DNA of 64,000 nt from Eledone cirrhosa (GCA_964016885.1 OZ024741.1:351416001-351480000), one strand, 5' to 3'. Positions 10,950-25,057 are shown, counted from the stretch's first letter. The notes: generated by a model not told the origin, from the sequence alone. A program made the numbers and translations.

Positions 10950-13061
10950 ATGACTAATTCACCACTGCACCAAGCAGCTGAAAGCCTTTCTCACAAATTA
11001 ACACCTCACACCGACACCACCATTGTAAATGATACTACGTCTGCCAACACACACAATTTAAGCACTAGCAATATTTTAAATTTGTCTCAGGCAGACATTC
11101 ATTTCCCGCCATTACTAATGAGTGCAGGTGTTAAAGCCGCCACCACTACCACCACCGCGACAACAGAAACAAAAGGAAAAAATAAATCAACTCGTGATGT
11201 CGAAATATTTTCAACCAAAATGGACTCTTCCAAACCGAACTTCACTGACGTCACCACCACCACAACTGAAACTAAAATTAATAATAACAAAAATAACGAT
11301 AGCAACAACAACAACAATGACATTAAAAAAACCACCCTGAGTTTTGCCAGAGTAGCAAAAACAGTGCGAAGCATATACGGTAACTCAGGAGGAACTAGAA
11401 AATGCCAAACAAATGGTAAAGAAAGATGGGTACAGGGTCAGCCCCCGCCCCCCACCTAATAAAATGGAGCATCGGCGCCTATGCACCGTGTCGTATCGAA
11501 CAATAAATGTAAAATCGCGCCGAGTGGAACGGGCATCCGAGTCCCAAATCCAAAAAGCTTTGGGACATGTGTGGGCAAGAAAAACCCACATCAGACGTGG
11601 GCAGAAGTATGGAACCGTGGACGTGTTCTTTGAAACACCAGAGGAGGCTAGAGAACACTCCATGGCCCCATTAAGAAGTGACGACTTCACACTCGTCCCA
11701 AGCTATTGTGGCCAGAAACTCGTAAAGATCAGGGTGACCCACGTTCCACCGGCCATCGAAATTCCCTGGCTAATAGCGGCCGTCCTCGCCGGCATCGAAG
11801 CCAACACAAAGATAATAGCAATAGCAAAAGAAAAGCAAGAGAACTGGTCCGGATCTGGGATGGAGCTCCTGATCCAAGCGGACCAAAAAAGCATTGAGGA
11901 GATCCCAGAGGTAATAGACCTCACTGACGGCAGCCACCTCACCGTAATTGTCGAGGGCAGAAGGCCTAGGTGTGTCGTTTGTGGTGAAGGAACCCACCTA
12001 AGGGCTTTCTGCCCTCAGGCTAAAAGGTTGAGGCCACCTCTCCTACCCACCCCAGTGACACAACCATCAACACCACCAGTAGCAGAGATGGCAGCAACAA
12101 CTGTAGCAGCAACAACAGAAGCAACTATAACAGCAACAACCCCAGCAACAGTAGCAAAACCAACACCACCACCACCAGCAAAACCAACACCACTACCACC
12201 CAACGGTTCAGAACTAGCACCAGCGCCTACACCATCCACCACGCCACAACCAAAACTAACGCCTGTGGAGGATTTTGCACTCCCCGGCCTATCACAACTG
12301 GAGACAGATTCTGACGACGAGGAGTGGGAAACGGTATCAGGAAAAAAAAAGAAACCAAAAAAGAAAAAATTCTCTTCCTTCCCCCTCCAAAAACAAAATA
12401 CAGAGAGAAACAAATAAATTAACAAACAAAAAAGTTAGGACAGATATGCCACCATCCACACCAGCATCACCAACCCCATCAACCCAAACACCAACACCAT
12501 CACCATCATTAACCCCAACACCACCATCACCTACACCACAAAAGTCACCAAAATGCGAAACAGAAACAAACCCACAACAAACGCAAACAACAAAACAACC
12601 AAAACGATACACACTACACAGCATTAAATTTGAACAACAAGCGATAGATTGGCAGTATCAGCAGAGGGTCGGACGCCATGCTTTCCAGCATAGTTACGTC
12701 CCTTTACGATCTGAGTTCAAATCCCGCCGAGGTTGACTTTGCCTTTCATCCTTACGGGGTCGATAAAATAAAGTACCAGTAATGCACTGGGTATTTGCTG
12801 GCCTTGTGCCTAAAGTAGAAACAATTAAATTTGAACAACAAGCAATTATTACACTACATCCAACACAACACCAGCATCACAGAAAAAGACTACACAACAA
12901 CCCAAAAGTTCACACCACCTCCACACATACAAATCACTCTCATCACACAGAAAACGTACATGACACTAAAACAAAAATTCCCCAAAGACATCGGAGACTT
13001 CCTGAGGAGGCCACAAGCAGTGAAAAGGATGGAAAAACCGTCCTTCCCCTACGAGAAGTAA
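10950..13061 (+). pseudogene. ORF1 (gag-like, CCHC zinc knuckle, Pro/Thr-rich) of copy 3
   Basis: ORF pieces 10950-11459, 11413-12417, 12275-12736 and 12831-13061. CVVCGEGTHLRAFC is a CX2CX4HX4C knuckle. Frameshifted and interrupted by a SINE. Confidence 0.85.
12643..12823 (+). mobile_element. SINE inserted in ORF1 with 20-bp TSD
   Basis: attaaatttgaacaacaagc is duplicated at 12623-12642 and 12824-12843. Confidence 0.95.
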
Positions 13062-13100
13062 GGCAAGTGGTCTTTCCCATCTTTTCCACTCCTTTTCAAC

Positions 13101-16100
13101 ATGACCTCACTCATAAATGTGCGTGGCTTGGGGTCGTCATGGAAGCAGGGCCACCTGCTCAACGACCTCAGGTCACTAAACATAGATGTAGTGGCCATCA
13201 GCGAGACCAGAATCTCCGAAGCACGGGCCTTCGCACCGATCTTCGGCGGCTACGATGTGTACGCATCTCCCAGCCGTCCGGGATCGGGGGGGGGGAGTTG
13301 CTGTGCTTTTTCGGAGAGGTTTGGATCTTGCCATACGGGCCATCTTCCTGGACCCAGAAGGTAAGTTGGTGGTGCTGGACGTGACCAGCGGAGACGGGCA
13401 AGCTTTCAGGTTAGTGGCCGTCTATGCCCCGACAGGAGCAGGGCGGCCTGATTTCTTCCGGCGTCTAGAAACCTTTCTTGGAACGTCCCGCTCTTTAGTG
13501 TTAGTGGGCGACTGGAACGGGATCTTAGATGCACGCTGGGATTGTGTGGGATTAGTGGATAGGGAAGGAGGGTGCAAGAGTCTCACCAACCTGCTCAGGT
13601 GTTTTGAACTGTCTGACAGGTACCGAATGGATTTCCCGAATGTACCAATGTGGACTTGGACAAATCGCATAGGGTCATCCAGATCATATCTAGATAGTTT
13701 TTTTTTGTAGGGAAATAGATAGGTCTAGCATAGGCTGTCCACAATTCAAGATAGTCAGCTACACGGACCACAAATTCGTGATCTGTGTGCTTGACTTAGA
13801 TAGGCTTCATAGACGAGGACCCGGCTACTGGAAGCTAAACGCGTCCTTACCAGCGCGCAAGGCCTACAGAGACCGGATTAGCGAACTAGTTAAGCGGGCG
13901 TTGACGGGGCCATCGTCAACAACAAGTGGTGGTTTGCTCTGAAAAGAGCAATTAGAATAGAGTCCATTAGGTTTAGTAAGGCTTTAGCAATAGAGAAAAA
14001 TAGAGCAGAGGGAGAATTAGTTAGAAAATTAGACGAGGCGCTTAGCAAAGGCATCGCGACCGACGTACTTGCGGCGAAATTGGCCCTTGACCAATTCTTC
14101 AATGCAAAGCACGAAGGCTGCGTTTTCAGAGCTAGGGTGCGTGCTCTCAGACACGAGGGGACGAAAGCCGTTCAATGGGCCCGAGTGGCGGAGGCGCGTC
14201 GTGGAAACAAAGCCACGATCCGGTCTTTGGTGGACCACGAGGGGCGCATGCTACTCGATCCCGGGCAAATGTGTGAAGCTTTTCAGCGACACTTCGCTCA
14301 ACTGTTCGGGAGCAGTGGCGGGCCGGATCGAGGGATGGACTTTAGTGTCTACCTCGACGGACTGCCGCGGCTTTCGGCCACTGAGGCGGAGTGTTGCGAA
14401 AAGCCGATAACAACCGCTGAAGTACGGGAGGCAATGACTGGCTGCACAAGGGGTAAATCGCCTGGTTTGGATGGTCTGCCCAATGAACTTTACGTACAAA
14501 TGCCAGACTTGTTCGGAGGCCTCTTGGCGGACATCTACTGCAACTGGCAACAGAACGGGAGAATTCCCAGCTCTGTGAGCAGAGGAGCGGTGGCGCTGCT
14601 GAGAAAGGATCCGAACAAGGGGGATAACATAGATAATTTTAGGCCCATAACTCTGCTAAACACAGAGTTCAAGATTTTGGCCAAGGTGCTAGCAAAGAGG
14701 TTGGCGCTTGTCGTTGGTGGTCTGGTGGGAGAGGCACAGACATGCGCCATTCCCGACAGATCCATCCACGACAACCTCCACCTCATGCGATACATCGTAG
14801 AGAGGGTAGCTAGGGAACCTGGCACGGGTGGGTCTTTGATCAATTTAGATCAGTCGAAAGCCTTCGATAGGGTCGACCATCGTTACCTAGCGGCAGTCCT
14901 GAGGGCGGCTGGCTTTGGGCCCGTCTTCAGAGGCTGGATCGCTGCCATGCACAGCGACATCTGCTCTGTAGTGAGAGTGAACGGTCACCTTTCGGAACCG
15001 TTCAACATCATGCGCTCGGTCCGCCAAGGATGTCCCCTCTCGTCCCTATTCTACGTATTGACTCTCGAGCCATTACTGCACAAACTGGAGACGTTGAGGG
15101 GGGTCCCGCGCGAACTAGAATGCGGAAGATCCGTGTCAGTATATGCGGACGATGTCACCGTAGTGGTGTCGAACGCCAAACACATCGAGGCGATCGGCAC
15201 TACACTAAGAGAATACGAAGCGGTGACAGGAGCAATGATCAACCAGGAAAAGTCAGTGGGCCTGCAGCTCGGCACCTGGAGAGGCAGGTCCATGCCGTCC
15301 AACAGCGTCGTCGGGCGCTGGACGGACGGACCGGTTAAATTGCTAGGGGTCTGGTTCGGTCCAGACCTCCAGACGGACAAAAACTGGGACGAGGTGACGA
15401 GCAGGGTGGCTTCTCTCACCCAGAAATGGGCCGAGAGGAAGCTATCCCTGAAAGGTCGAGCGGAGGTGGCGAATGCGTACATCGCATCCGTCATCTACTA
15501 CCGCCTGACCGTCGTACCTTGTCCTAAGCCCCGCCTGACTGCGCTGGAGCGTTTGCTCTTTCGCTTCTTGTGGAAGGGACGCGCTCCGATGGTCAGGCGG
15601 TCCATCTGCTGTCAACACCCGCTACGTGGAGGGCTGGGCATGCCGTGGCTGATGATGCGCAGACACGCGCTGAGGCTACGACATCTCCACCTCTTCCTCG
15701 ACGGTGATCAGGTGTGGTCGCCGTTTGCGAGACACGTTTTTCCCCAGCTCGTCTCCTTGACGGAGCTGCAGTCCTGGGTCAATCGAAGACCGAGAGGGAG
15801 CGCTTGGAGACTGGAATGTCTTCAGGCGCTCACAGCCCTCGACCAATCGGGCAATGTGATCGGTGGAAACTCCACCTTGGCGTTCTATAGGGGATTAGTG
15901 GAGGGGAAGAGCGACGACGTACTTGGAGAAACTCTAGGCGTCGACGAAAATCAACTAGCCAATCTCTTCGGAAGGACTTTCGGGCCGGGGCCTATGGACA
16001 ACTTCCAGAAATCCCTGGTCTGGCAGTGCTACCGAGGAGCTTTGCCAGTTCGGGATAAACTCTACAGGCATGGAGGTGCCGTCAGCCGGGCATGTCCGAG

Positions 16101-16509
16101 ATGCGCGCAGGGCGACGAAACCGTCCTGCACGCACTCGTCCAGTGTCCGAGCATTGCTGACTTGTGGGTTTATGTCGAACACCTGCTGTCACGTGTAGGA
16201 CGGATCCAGCTATCAGCTGAGTCCATCGTGAGGATTGCCCCGCCCCCTTCCTTTAGCCTGGAAGGGCAGGCAGTTTTTATCTGTCTGGTGGCCATGGCGA
16301 AAGAGATAGTATGGTGGACACGTTTGAAAGGGCTGAAGACGAGCACTTACCTCTTCGGTGATGCCCTGATTAACTTTTTCAAATTTCATTTGAAAAGGAA
16401 AATCAGGGTAGAGAGGGAAGTGCTCTCTTCCCAGCATTTTGTTGAAAGATGGGTGAGAGAAGCAAGTATGGCCCGAATGAATGGGCCTTCTCTGAGTATG
16501 TGTCTGTAA
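13101..16509 (+). pseudogene. ORF2 (APE endonuclease - reverse transcriptase - zf-RVT) of copy 3
   Basis: All catalytic motifs are present. Three frameshifts (~13290, ~13700, ~13908). The frame is open from ~13910 to 16509. Confidence 0.93.
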
Positions 16510-16752
16510 ATTAAAGGTGGAAAACTGGGAGAGGGCACTTGCCCTGGTGGTCAGGGCCACTGTGGTCTTTTAATGGGCTTTCTCCACAAATGTCCCTTGG
16601 AAGTCTCCCCCCTATTGGGGAATTTTTCTTTGTTATTTTATTTCAACCTCTGTTTTTTTTACACGCAGAAATGCCCATTTGTACCGTCCTGTATTGTCCT
16701 GTACTGTCCTTAATGTCTACTTTATGTGAACCCTTGTGGTCAATAAAGAAAA

Positions 16753-16827
<75 letters not shown>

Positions 16828-16889
16828 TTCCTGTCTCTGCTTTTCAGCCCCATGGATTTTGTCTATTATATTCCTTTGTTAAATTTCGA

Positions 16890-16947
16890 ATACCTCATGA
16901 TGTCACCGGATTCATACTGAACCCGGTCACTGAAATGATCATAGTAT
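16890..16947 (+). ncRNA. Type I hammerhead with one core substitution
   Basis: atac-CTCATGA-tgtcaccgg...ccggtcact-GAAA-tgatca-TA-gtat, then AATAAA. Palindromic stem III. Confidence 0.7.
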
Positions 16948-17150
16948 AATAAACCTTTTCAGGAACTACACCAGTCCAGCCTCCTGTTATTTTATAATAA
17001 TTAACTCCGTACTCGCACCACCAACAACACAAACGAAGACGGGTGTGTTGCATTACGTCGAGTGCTCTCCCTAATATTACATCAAGGTTGACTATACGGA
17101 ATGACCAGTTCTATCCAGTGGTGAACCAACAAACATAAATAAATAAATAT

Positions 17151-17222
<72 letters not shown>

Positions 17223-17779
17223 AGGGTGTCGTAGTTTGCTTGAAGCATTGTGTAAAATGTAGAAAATAGTGTTTTGTTTGAAGGCTACCACAATGTGAAT
17301 TCGACAGTAAATATCTAAAATATGATGATAAAAATGATGTTGGGATGTTACCCTGCAGTTCTTTATATTTCGGGATAAAATCCCTTAATCAAAAGATAAA
17401 AGATATTAGTTCGGAGCTGTATGTTTTCTCTTTTTTCTTTTTGTCGCTCTTTTTTGAAATTTGAAAGTCTGAGATATCAGCGGATAAACTGTGGTACTCA
17501 ATCGACTAACATACTTCATACTGAAAACCGTATTGGAAATACAAACAGTGATGGTCGAGCTAATTCACGGGACTTCATTTACAGTGGGTTACTGGCTACT
17601 TTAACATTTAAATATTGATTTTTAAAGGTAAAAATTCTATTATTAACGAAGTGAATTAGAATCAACTGTTAGGCAATCCTTATGTATATATTTTTGCGAA
17701 GTTGAGGTATAATTTTTTGAGAAAATTTCTTCGGATTTCTGTTTAAAAGATAGGAAATTACGAAAAAAAAGGTGGTGGG

Positions 17780-17960
17780 GATATGGTTAGTATTTAAGTT
17801 AGAGGTTACAGATTGAATGTAAGGATGTCAGATGGGATTAGGATTTAGGCTTAATGATTAAAGCTTAGAGTTAGAATTTGAGCTAAGGTTTAGGGTTCGT
17901 TTTCAGGCTGAAGACAAAGATGTAGGAATGATGTTACAGTTTAGTGTTAGGGTTTAGTGT
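17780..17960 (+). repeat. Degenerate (TTAGGG)-like tract
   Basis: Irregular ttaggg/ttagag/ttaggc units. Confidence 0.45.
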
Positions 17961-18039
17961 CAGAAGCTAGAGTTATTTTCTTGTTTCTATCATTTCATGT
18001 TTACTTTTTCCAATATCGAACACATACACACACACAACG

Positions 18040-18161
<122 letters not shown>

Positions 18162-18339
18162 ATACACATACACAAACACACATCTAATTCTAAAACTATG
18201 GACACCCTAGGTCAATGTATAAATTAACTAGATACAGTCTGGATGACCCAATAGATTTGCTCAAGTTCATACTGACATACTTTAGCACTCGCAGTATCAT
18301 GTTGAGAATGTTTACTGAAGTCTTCACACCCCACTTTTC

Positions 18340-18460
18340 TTTTGGCTATTTGGCTACTTCGGCTATTTGGCTACTTGACTTTTGGCTACTTGGCTACGTG
18401 GCTACTTGGCTACGTGACTACTTGGTTACTTGGTTACGTGGCTACTTGGTTAATTGGCTA
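18340..18460 (+). repeat. 9-bp minisatellite (tTGGCTAcT)n
   Basis: About 13 tandem units such as ttggctact, ttggctatt and gtggctact. Confidence 0.9.
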
Positions 18461-18541
18461 GTCCCACGTAAAGTCGTAGCATGAATATAAAATGTCATTC
18501 TCCAGTCACCCACTAACACTAATTCACGAGCGGGATTTACT

Positions 18542-18574
<33 letters not shown>

Positions 18575-18767
18575 CACCACCACCGCCACCACCATTACTA
18601 GTGGAGCTGCTACTGAGGCTACTGATGCTGCTGCTGATGATGATATTGCTACTATAGTTACTGTTGTTGTTTGTCTGACACAATGTATCTGTTTAGATAA
18701 TTTTCTTCAGCTGGTAAACATAATTAATTTCTATAGACATCTGGATATGAGGAAGGTATGTAGCTGA

Positions 18768-18768
18768 T

Positions 18769-18812
<44 letters not shown>

Positions 18813-19660
18813 AAACTCACCCCCCACACTCACCCCCACTCACACACACACATACACACTCACACACCCACCCATACACACACACACTCACACTCACTCA
18901 CTCACACACACTCACACACACATACTCACACGCACACACGCACTCACGCACACACATATACTCACACACACACATACTCACACACACACATATACACACA
19001 CACACATACACACACTCACACACGCACTGACACACACAACACACACACACACACTCACACACACACTCACACACACCAACACACACTCACACACACACTC
19101 TCACACACGCACACTACACACTCACACACACACATATACTCACACCCACACACACACTCACACGCACACACACATACTCACACATCCACACACACATACG
19201 CACACACACTCACACACATACACATACACACTCACACTCACTCACACACACTCACACACACACATACTCACACACACAAATACTCACACACACACACACT
19301 CACAAACACACACATACTCACACATACACACACATACTCACACACACATACTCACACACACACACACTCACACCCATACACACACTCACACACACAACAC
19401 ACACACACACACACTCACACACACTCTCACACACACACTCACACACTCACACACAGACATACTCACACACTCACACACACTCACACAGACACACATACTC
19501 ACACACATACATACACACTCACATATACACACCCACACACACACACTCACACACTCACACACTCACACACACACTCACACACACTCTCACACACACTCAC
19601 ACACACACACATACTCACTCTCTCTTACACACACACACACATATATACATATATAAATAT
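18768..19660 (+). repeat. Degenerate (CA)n/(CACT)n tract; many other TA, CA, GA, TTC, GAA and TTTTTTC tracts occur across the window
   Basis: Seen directly; e.g. (TTC)n 20729-20884, (TA)n 21677-21826, (GAA)n 48952-49033, (TTTTTTC)n 52430-52630. Confidence 0.95.
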
Positions 19661-19675
19661 ATACATGCATACATA

Positions 19676-20250
19676 TGGTGGCTGCCAACTCGTTTTCGAG
19701 TACGGCCACTACTTTATATCCATGTAGGAGAACCCTACCGATGCGCTGAACGAGTGTGACTTCTTAGTCCAGCCAGCGACTTGAAAACTCTGGTACAAAC
19801 ACTACACTTGTGACAATTATTGACACATAGTGCTGGGCCCATGGTACCATGTGACGACAAGTGCAGAGAGATCTCCAGATATAAAGCAATGCCTGTGCCG
19901 TGAAGCTTTTATAGTGAGCAAAGGCACTGCACAAAGCCAGTCCCACTCTCTTAACCAAGATGATATTTACCAAAAAGAACAAGTCAAAATCATTGGATAC
20001 CATCAGGGTTGCAGGTCTTATATCAGAGTTTTCCTTCTCCTAGAATTCTGCCTTGACAAAGGCTAAGGGGTCATCTCTCCCGGTGATTTTGGATGGCCAT
20101 TGACTCTTAAGAGCTCATTTGCCCTTTGACAGGTTTTGTTTTTAGTCCTGCAGGATGTCCAAAGTCACCCTCCTCACCAAGAAACCGTGGTAGGGTTGCA
20201 GGTTTAGTCGCCAACAACCCGACCATGAGACAGGTTGTACTGGGATACAT
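19676..20250 (-). mobile_element. RTE-derived non-autonomous retroelement (~600-bp family)
   Basis: Near-identical to 57581-58175. No coding capacity. Confidence 0.75.
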
Positions 20251-20892
20251 ATCCTACAATATATATGCATATCCTACATACATACATGCATATACAGGCA
20301 CAGATAAATGTACACACATACACAGACATACATGTGCAGATAAATGTACATACGTACACACATGCATTTGCACAGACACATGTGCACACACATTCACACG
20401 CGCTGACTCACATTTAAAACTAACACCTGCTTACCAAGCTCTACCAAATGCCTCATGGCCCAATTTTAACCATCTCCCCATATTGTGAGAGTGGCCAAAT
20501 TTGTGACCTAGTCATCAGGCGTTTGGACGAGTTTGAAGATACCGTTAAAAATATAGCGTCTTTAAGTTATTTCCCTAAACAAATGGAAATAATCCAAAGA
20601 TGTAAAATTGAAACGGCTATGTTAGTGTCCATGTGTTAGTGTGTGGACAATATTGAGGATGTATGGTATTGTGGTGGTATGTAATATAGATATGCCATCT
20701 CATTTTCTTAAAAATGAGTGTCTCTATCATTCTTCTTCTTCTTCTTCTTCTTCTTCTTCTTCTTCTTCTTCTTCTTCTTCTTCTTCTTCTTCTTCTTCTT
20801 CTTCTTCTTCTTCTTCTTCTTCTTCTTCTTCTTCTTCTTCTTCTTCTTCTTCTTCTTCTTCTTCTTCTTCTTCTTCTTCTTCTTGCTAGGGC

Positions 20893-21550
20893 AAAATTTA
20901 CATTATTAAGAATCAGTTAAGATGGACAGGTCACATGTTTAGTATGGGTGACGGCAGATCCCCAACAAAATGTTTTATGGCGAACTCAAGCTGGGCAAAA
21001 GGATAAATAGTAAGCCAAGGAGATACAGAGACTCGCTAAAAGTGAACTTAAAATGCCTTAACATATCCTACAAAAATCTTGAATCATGTGTAGTAGCTAG
21101 AGTGACCTGGAGAAATACCATTTGGAATGGAATTAAAGCATTTGAAATGAAGAGGGTAAAACATGCAGAACTGAAAAGAAAAGTGCAGAATAATGAGACC
21201 AACAGTAATAATGATGAATCTTATCAAGCGTTAGTCTTCGAGTTTTCTGTGTGCCCTAATGTGCCTTTCGAATGCTGGCTTGAAGTCACACCAACGAGCA
21301 CATGATAGTTAAGTCCAAGTTGATTATATAAACTTTGTTGCAAAGAATCAGTTCCAATGCCATTTTTATCACAAAATTTGTAAATCAGGTGGTGGATTGA
21401 AGTGACATCGGAACATATAGAATAAGTAAACCAAAATTGGAAACAAGAACGAAATGAGTCATCATTTTACGGGTCTTTCGGGGGTTTCAGGACTCAATAG
21501 TCATTTGAGATCTCATGCCAGGAAAAAAAACGGACATGAAGTGCAAGAAG
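20893..21550 (+). mobile_element. RTE-clade LINE 3' fragment
   Basis: Translation QLRWTGHM...MFYGELKLGKR..KPRRYRDSLKVNLK..RVTWR, followed by decayed C2H2 fingers. Confidence 0.85.
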
Positions 21551-21688
21551 TGATCAAGTGAAGCCCCCGAAAGACCCGTACAATGATGTCTCATTTCGTT
21601 CTTGTTTCAACTTTTGGTTTGCTTATTATGTATGTTTAGATGTCACTTCAATCCACCATCTGATTTACAAATTTTATATATATATATA

Positions 21689-21829
<141 letters not shown>

Positions 21830-22196
21830 TATTTTCCGTAGTGTTGTAATATGAATATTACACACAGTAGATGGACAGCTAACGTAGAGTTTGCTCGACG
21901 GTTCCAGTTGTAGTTTCAAAAGTAATCCGGAGAAAATAGAAGGATTTAAATGGATACAGTTCAGTTAAAAGGAATTTATTGACACGTGTTTCAATAACAG
22001 TTACATAACCTGAAAACAGCTGCTATCTACAAAGTATTAGTTATGCAGACATTCAATATTTCAATGTTATTATCAACTGTCATTTCACTGATAACTAATA
22101 CTTTGTAGATAGCAGCTGTTTTCAGGTTATGTAACTGTTATTGAAACACGTGTCAATAAATTCCTTTTAACTGAACTGTATCCATTTAAATCCTTC

Positions 22197-22280
<84 letters not shown>

Positions 22281-22360
22281 ATAAAAATAGCGGAGCAAGC
22301 GGTTATCAAACAATTCTCTAAATAAATTAAAAAACGATTTAAATAATCACCTGTTCTATT

Positions 22361-22441
22361 GCTGTTACCGACGGTTTCATCATTCCAAAAGATTGGAAAT
22401 CCAGAGAATTTCCAATGGAAAGAAATGAATCTTCAGACAGC
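22361..22441 (-). ncRNA. Type I hammerhead ribozyme
   Basis: Reverse complement: gctgt-CTGAAGA-ttcatt...attggaaat(loop)atttccaat...aatgat-GAAA-ccgtcgg-TA-acagc. Perfect 5-bp stem I. Confidence 0.85.
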
Positions 22442-22833
22442 TTATTTCCACACTATAAGGTTGCTAGCCCTACAGTAAGTAAATATTTCGCTTCCTGCCC
22501 AACGCATGCGGTCAAGCCGTTAAAATGACACACACGCAAAATCAGGTCGCAGATAATAGCTGTTTATTATAAACATGTTGATATTGCCACTAAAATTAGC
22601 AGCATTATTCAACGTTTTGTTCTCTACATAAGGATAAAAATTATAAAAGTGGATGAATACTTCAACAGGCACTATGTACTTGTAGAAATATGCAAGGTGT
22701 TTATAATATTTGTGGTTCAATGGTACTAATTTATATTGTTCTGGCATCTCAAATTAGTACCATTGAACCACAAATATTATAAACACCTTGCATATTTCTA
22801 CAAGTACATAGTGCCTGTTGAAGTATTCATCCA

Positions 22834-23033
<200 letters not shown>

Positions 23034-23504
23034 GAGAGAGGGGGGGGAGAGAGATTAATAAATCACATGAATATACCAATTTCGCAATTGAAGGATTAAT
23101 ATTTATTATGTAACTGACACCTGTTTCGTTAATATGTAAGTTAGCACATCTAGAACCGCTAACCCGATGTATGTTTTCGGACAATTCGAATTCAAATATG
23201 CTGCATCAACAGTTTTACATATCAGCTTATCAAAGTCTGACAATATTTTTTATTCATACAGGGAAATGATTATATATAGAGCGAGAAGGCGTGTCGCTAA
23301 GGAGAAATTTACGCTATATAAAGTCATAAAAGTAACGCAATATCAACAACTATATTGAGAGACAGAGATATGTAAATTGATAGAGAAGTTCCCAAGCAGT
23401 ATCAACCGTTATAACACATTAGCATTGATAGAAATATCATTATTATTTTTTTTTTCTCCCCATGAGGCGGGGCTAACATAGTTCATAGAAGTGGCTGTTG
23501 ATTT

Positions 23505-23602
23505 ATTGAATAAAGGCGGGATTTCAACTGAGATCATAATGGGCCGTAACTCTTTGCTGCAAAGCATGGCGTCCGACCCACTACTGATACTGCCAATCCA
23601 CA
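23505..23602 (-). mobile_element. SINE fragment (head)
   Basis: ggcgggatttcaactgag...gatactgccaatccac matches the main family. Confidence 0.8.
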
Positions 23603-23697
23603 GAAGACAAGTTATTTTACATATTCATTTCATTGTCTTATGATCGTTTCGGAGGGTTGATTGTATTCATGTATTGACTGATCTATAGCAGCTAGAG

Positions 23698-23754
23698 AAT
23701 TATATACTATCAGACATAATATATAGGTTCGATCATACCGTCTTCTTCGGAAAC

Positions 23755-23758
<4 letters not shown>
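23698..23758 (-). ncRNA. Decayed hammerhead motif
   Basis: Reverse complement: CCGAAGA..GAAC-ctat...atag-TA, with two core changes. Adjacent to (TA)n. Confidence 0.35.
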
Positions 23759-23808
<50 letters not shown>

Positions 23809-24097
23809 AGTATGTATTGATTGTTTACCGACACCTCAGTATGCAGATTGGAGCACTCGACGAAGTACGCAGGTTGGTTTGTTTACTCCGGGGTAATGTA
23901 ATATGATTCCAGTTCCTCGGAGGACTAACAACACACCCAGGAGCTGGACATATCGATGAATTGACAGAGTGGAACACATTTCAACAACACGTTTACCTGT
24001 TTTTTTCTACATTAATTCGTACTGCCTGATGAGGTCACAGCCAATAATAGCAGAGAATTTATAATAACCGAAGCCAAATTTAACATGTTTGACTTAG

Positions 24098-24151
<54 letters not shown>

Positions 24152-24154
<3 letters not shown>

Positions 24155-24326
24155 GTTTCTACTCTTGGCACAAGGCCAGAAATTACCCAGTGCATTACTG
24201 GTACTTTATTTTATCGACCCGTAAGGACGAAAGGCTAAGTTAACCTCGGCGGGATTTGAACTCTGAATGGAAATGACCGTAACTCTATGCGTCAAAGCAT
24301 GGCGTCAAACCCTCTACCGATAATGC
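24152..24326 (-). mobile_element. SINE (main family)
   Basis: Core, A/B boxes and 3' end all match. Confidence 0.9.
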
Positions 24327-24481
24327 CCCCCCCCCCCCGAAATGTTAAGACTCTTTTCCTGCTATTTCAAGCGTTAAACTAATATATTTCTTCAATGTAC
24401 TGTGTCGTTTGCTTTGTTTTTCTGTTTACTTTTTATATGCATATATACATATCAACGCTTGCGTAGACCTCTCAAATTCGT

Positions 24482-24620
<139 letters not shown>

Positions 24621-25057
24621 GTGTGTTAATTCAAATATATGCGCCTGATGTGCAGATCGTTACCAGAGTCTGGTCGATGGCATTGATTAGAACTTTGAGC
24701 TGATCATCTGCGAAACATGAGTCACGTTCGATAATGAATAAAAGCTATTTTAAAGTGAAACTTCGTTCTCTCTCAGCAACATCTGCCTCTATGTTATTCC
24801 TCTCTGTCTTCGTAGGACTTCAGTCAAAACTATATATATACTTTTTTATTCTTTTTTTTTTTATTAAGCTACCACGCTCCGTGTGCCTATCTCGTTGGTT
24901 TGCAGCATTTCTTGTCTTTATTTGTGGAATTTGCCGTAAGACACAATGTGTCATGTGTCTCCTTGTTTTGTTGCGTCCCATATGCACCGGACTTTGTATT
25001 ATCAATTTTACTGTATTGAAACTATAGAGATTTTCCCGTTGAATTGTCTTATGTGCC

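Larger units (their letters stand above)
10749..16753 (+). mobile_element. Tx1/L1-type copy 3, full length (~6 kb)
   Basis: 5' UTR, ORF1, ORF2, 3' UTR and AATAAA, with (ATT)n on both sides. Confidence 0.96.

Noticed and set aside
10720-10953. 77-aa signal-peptide-like ORF
   Set aside because: The Leu run comes from the (TTA)n junction between two LINE copies.
17780-17960. Telomere or interstitial telomeric array
   Set aside because: Too degenerate, with few exact TTAGGG units.
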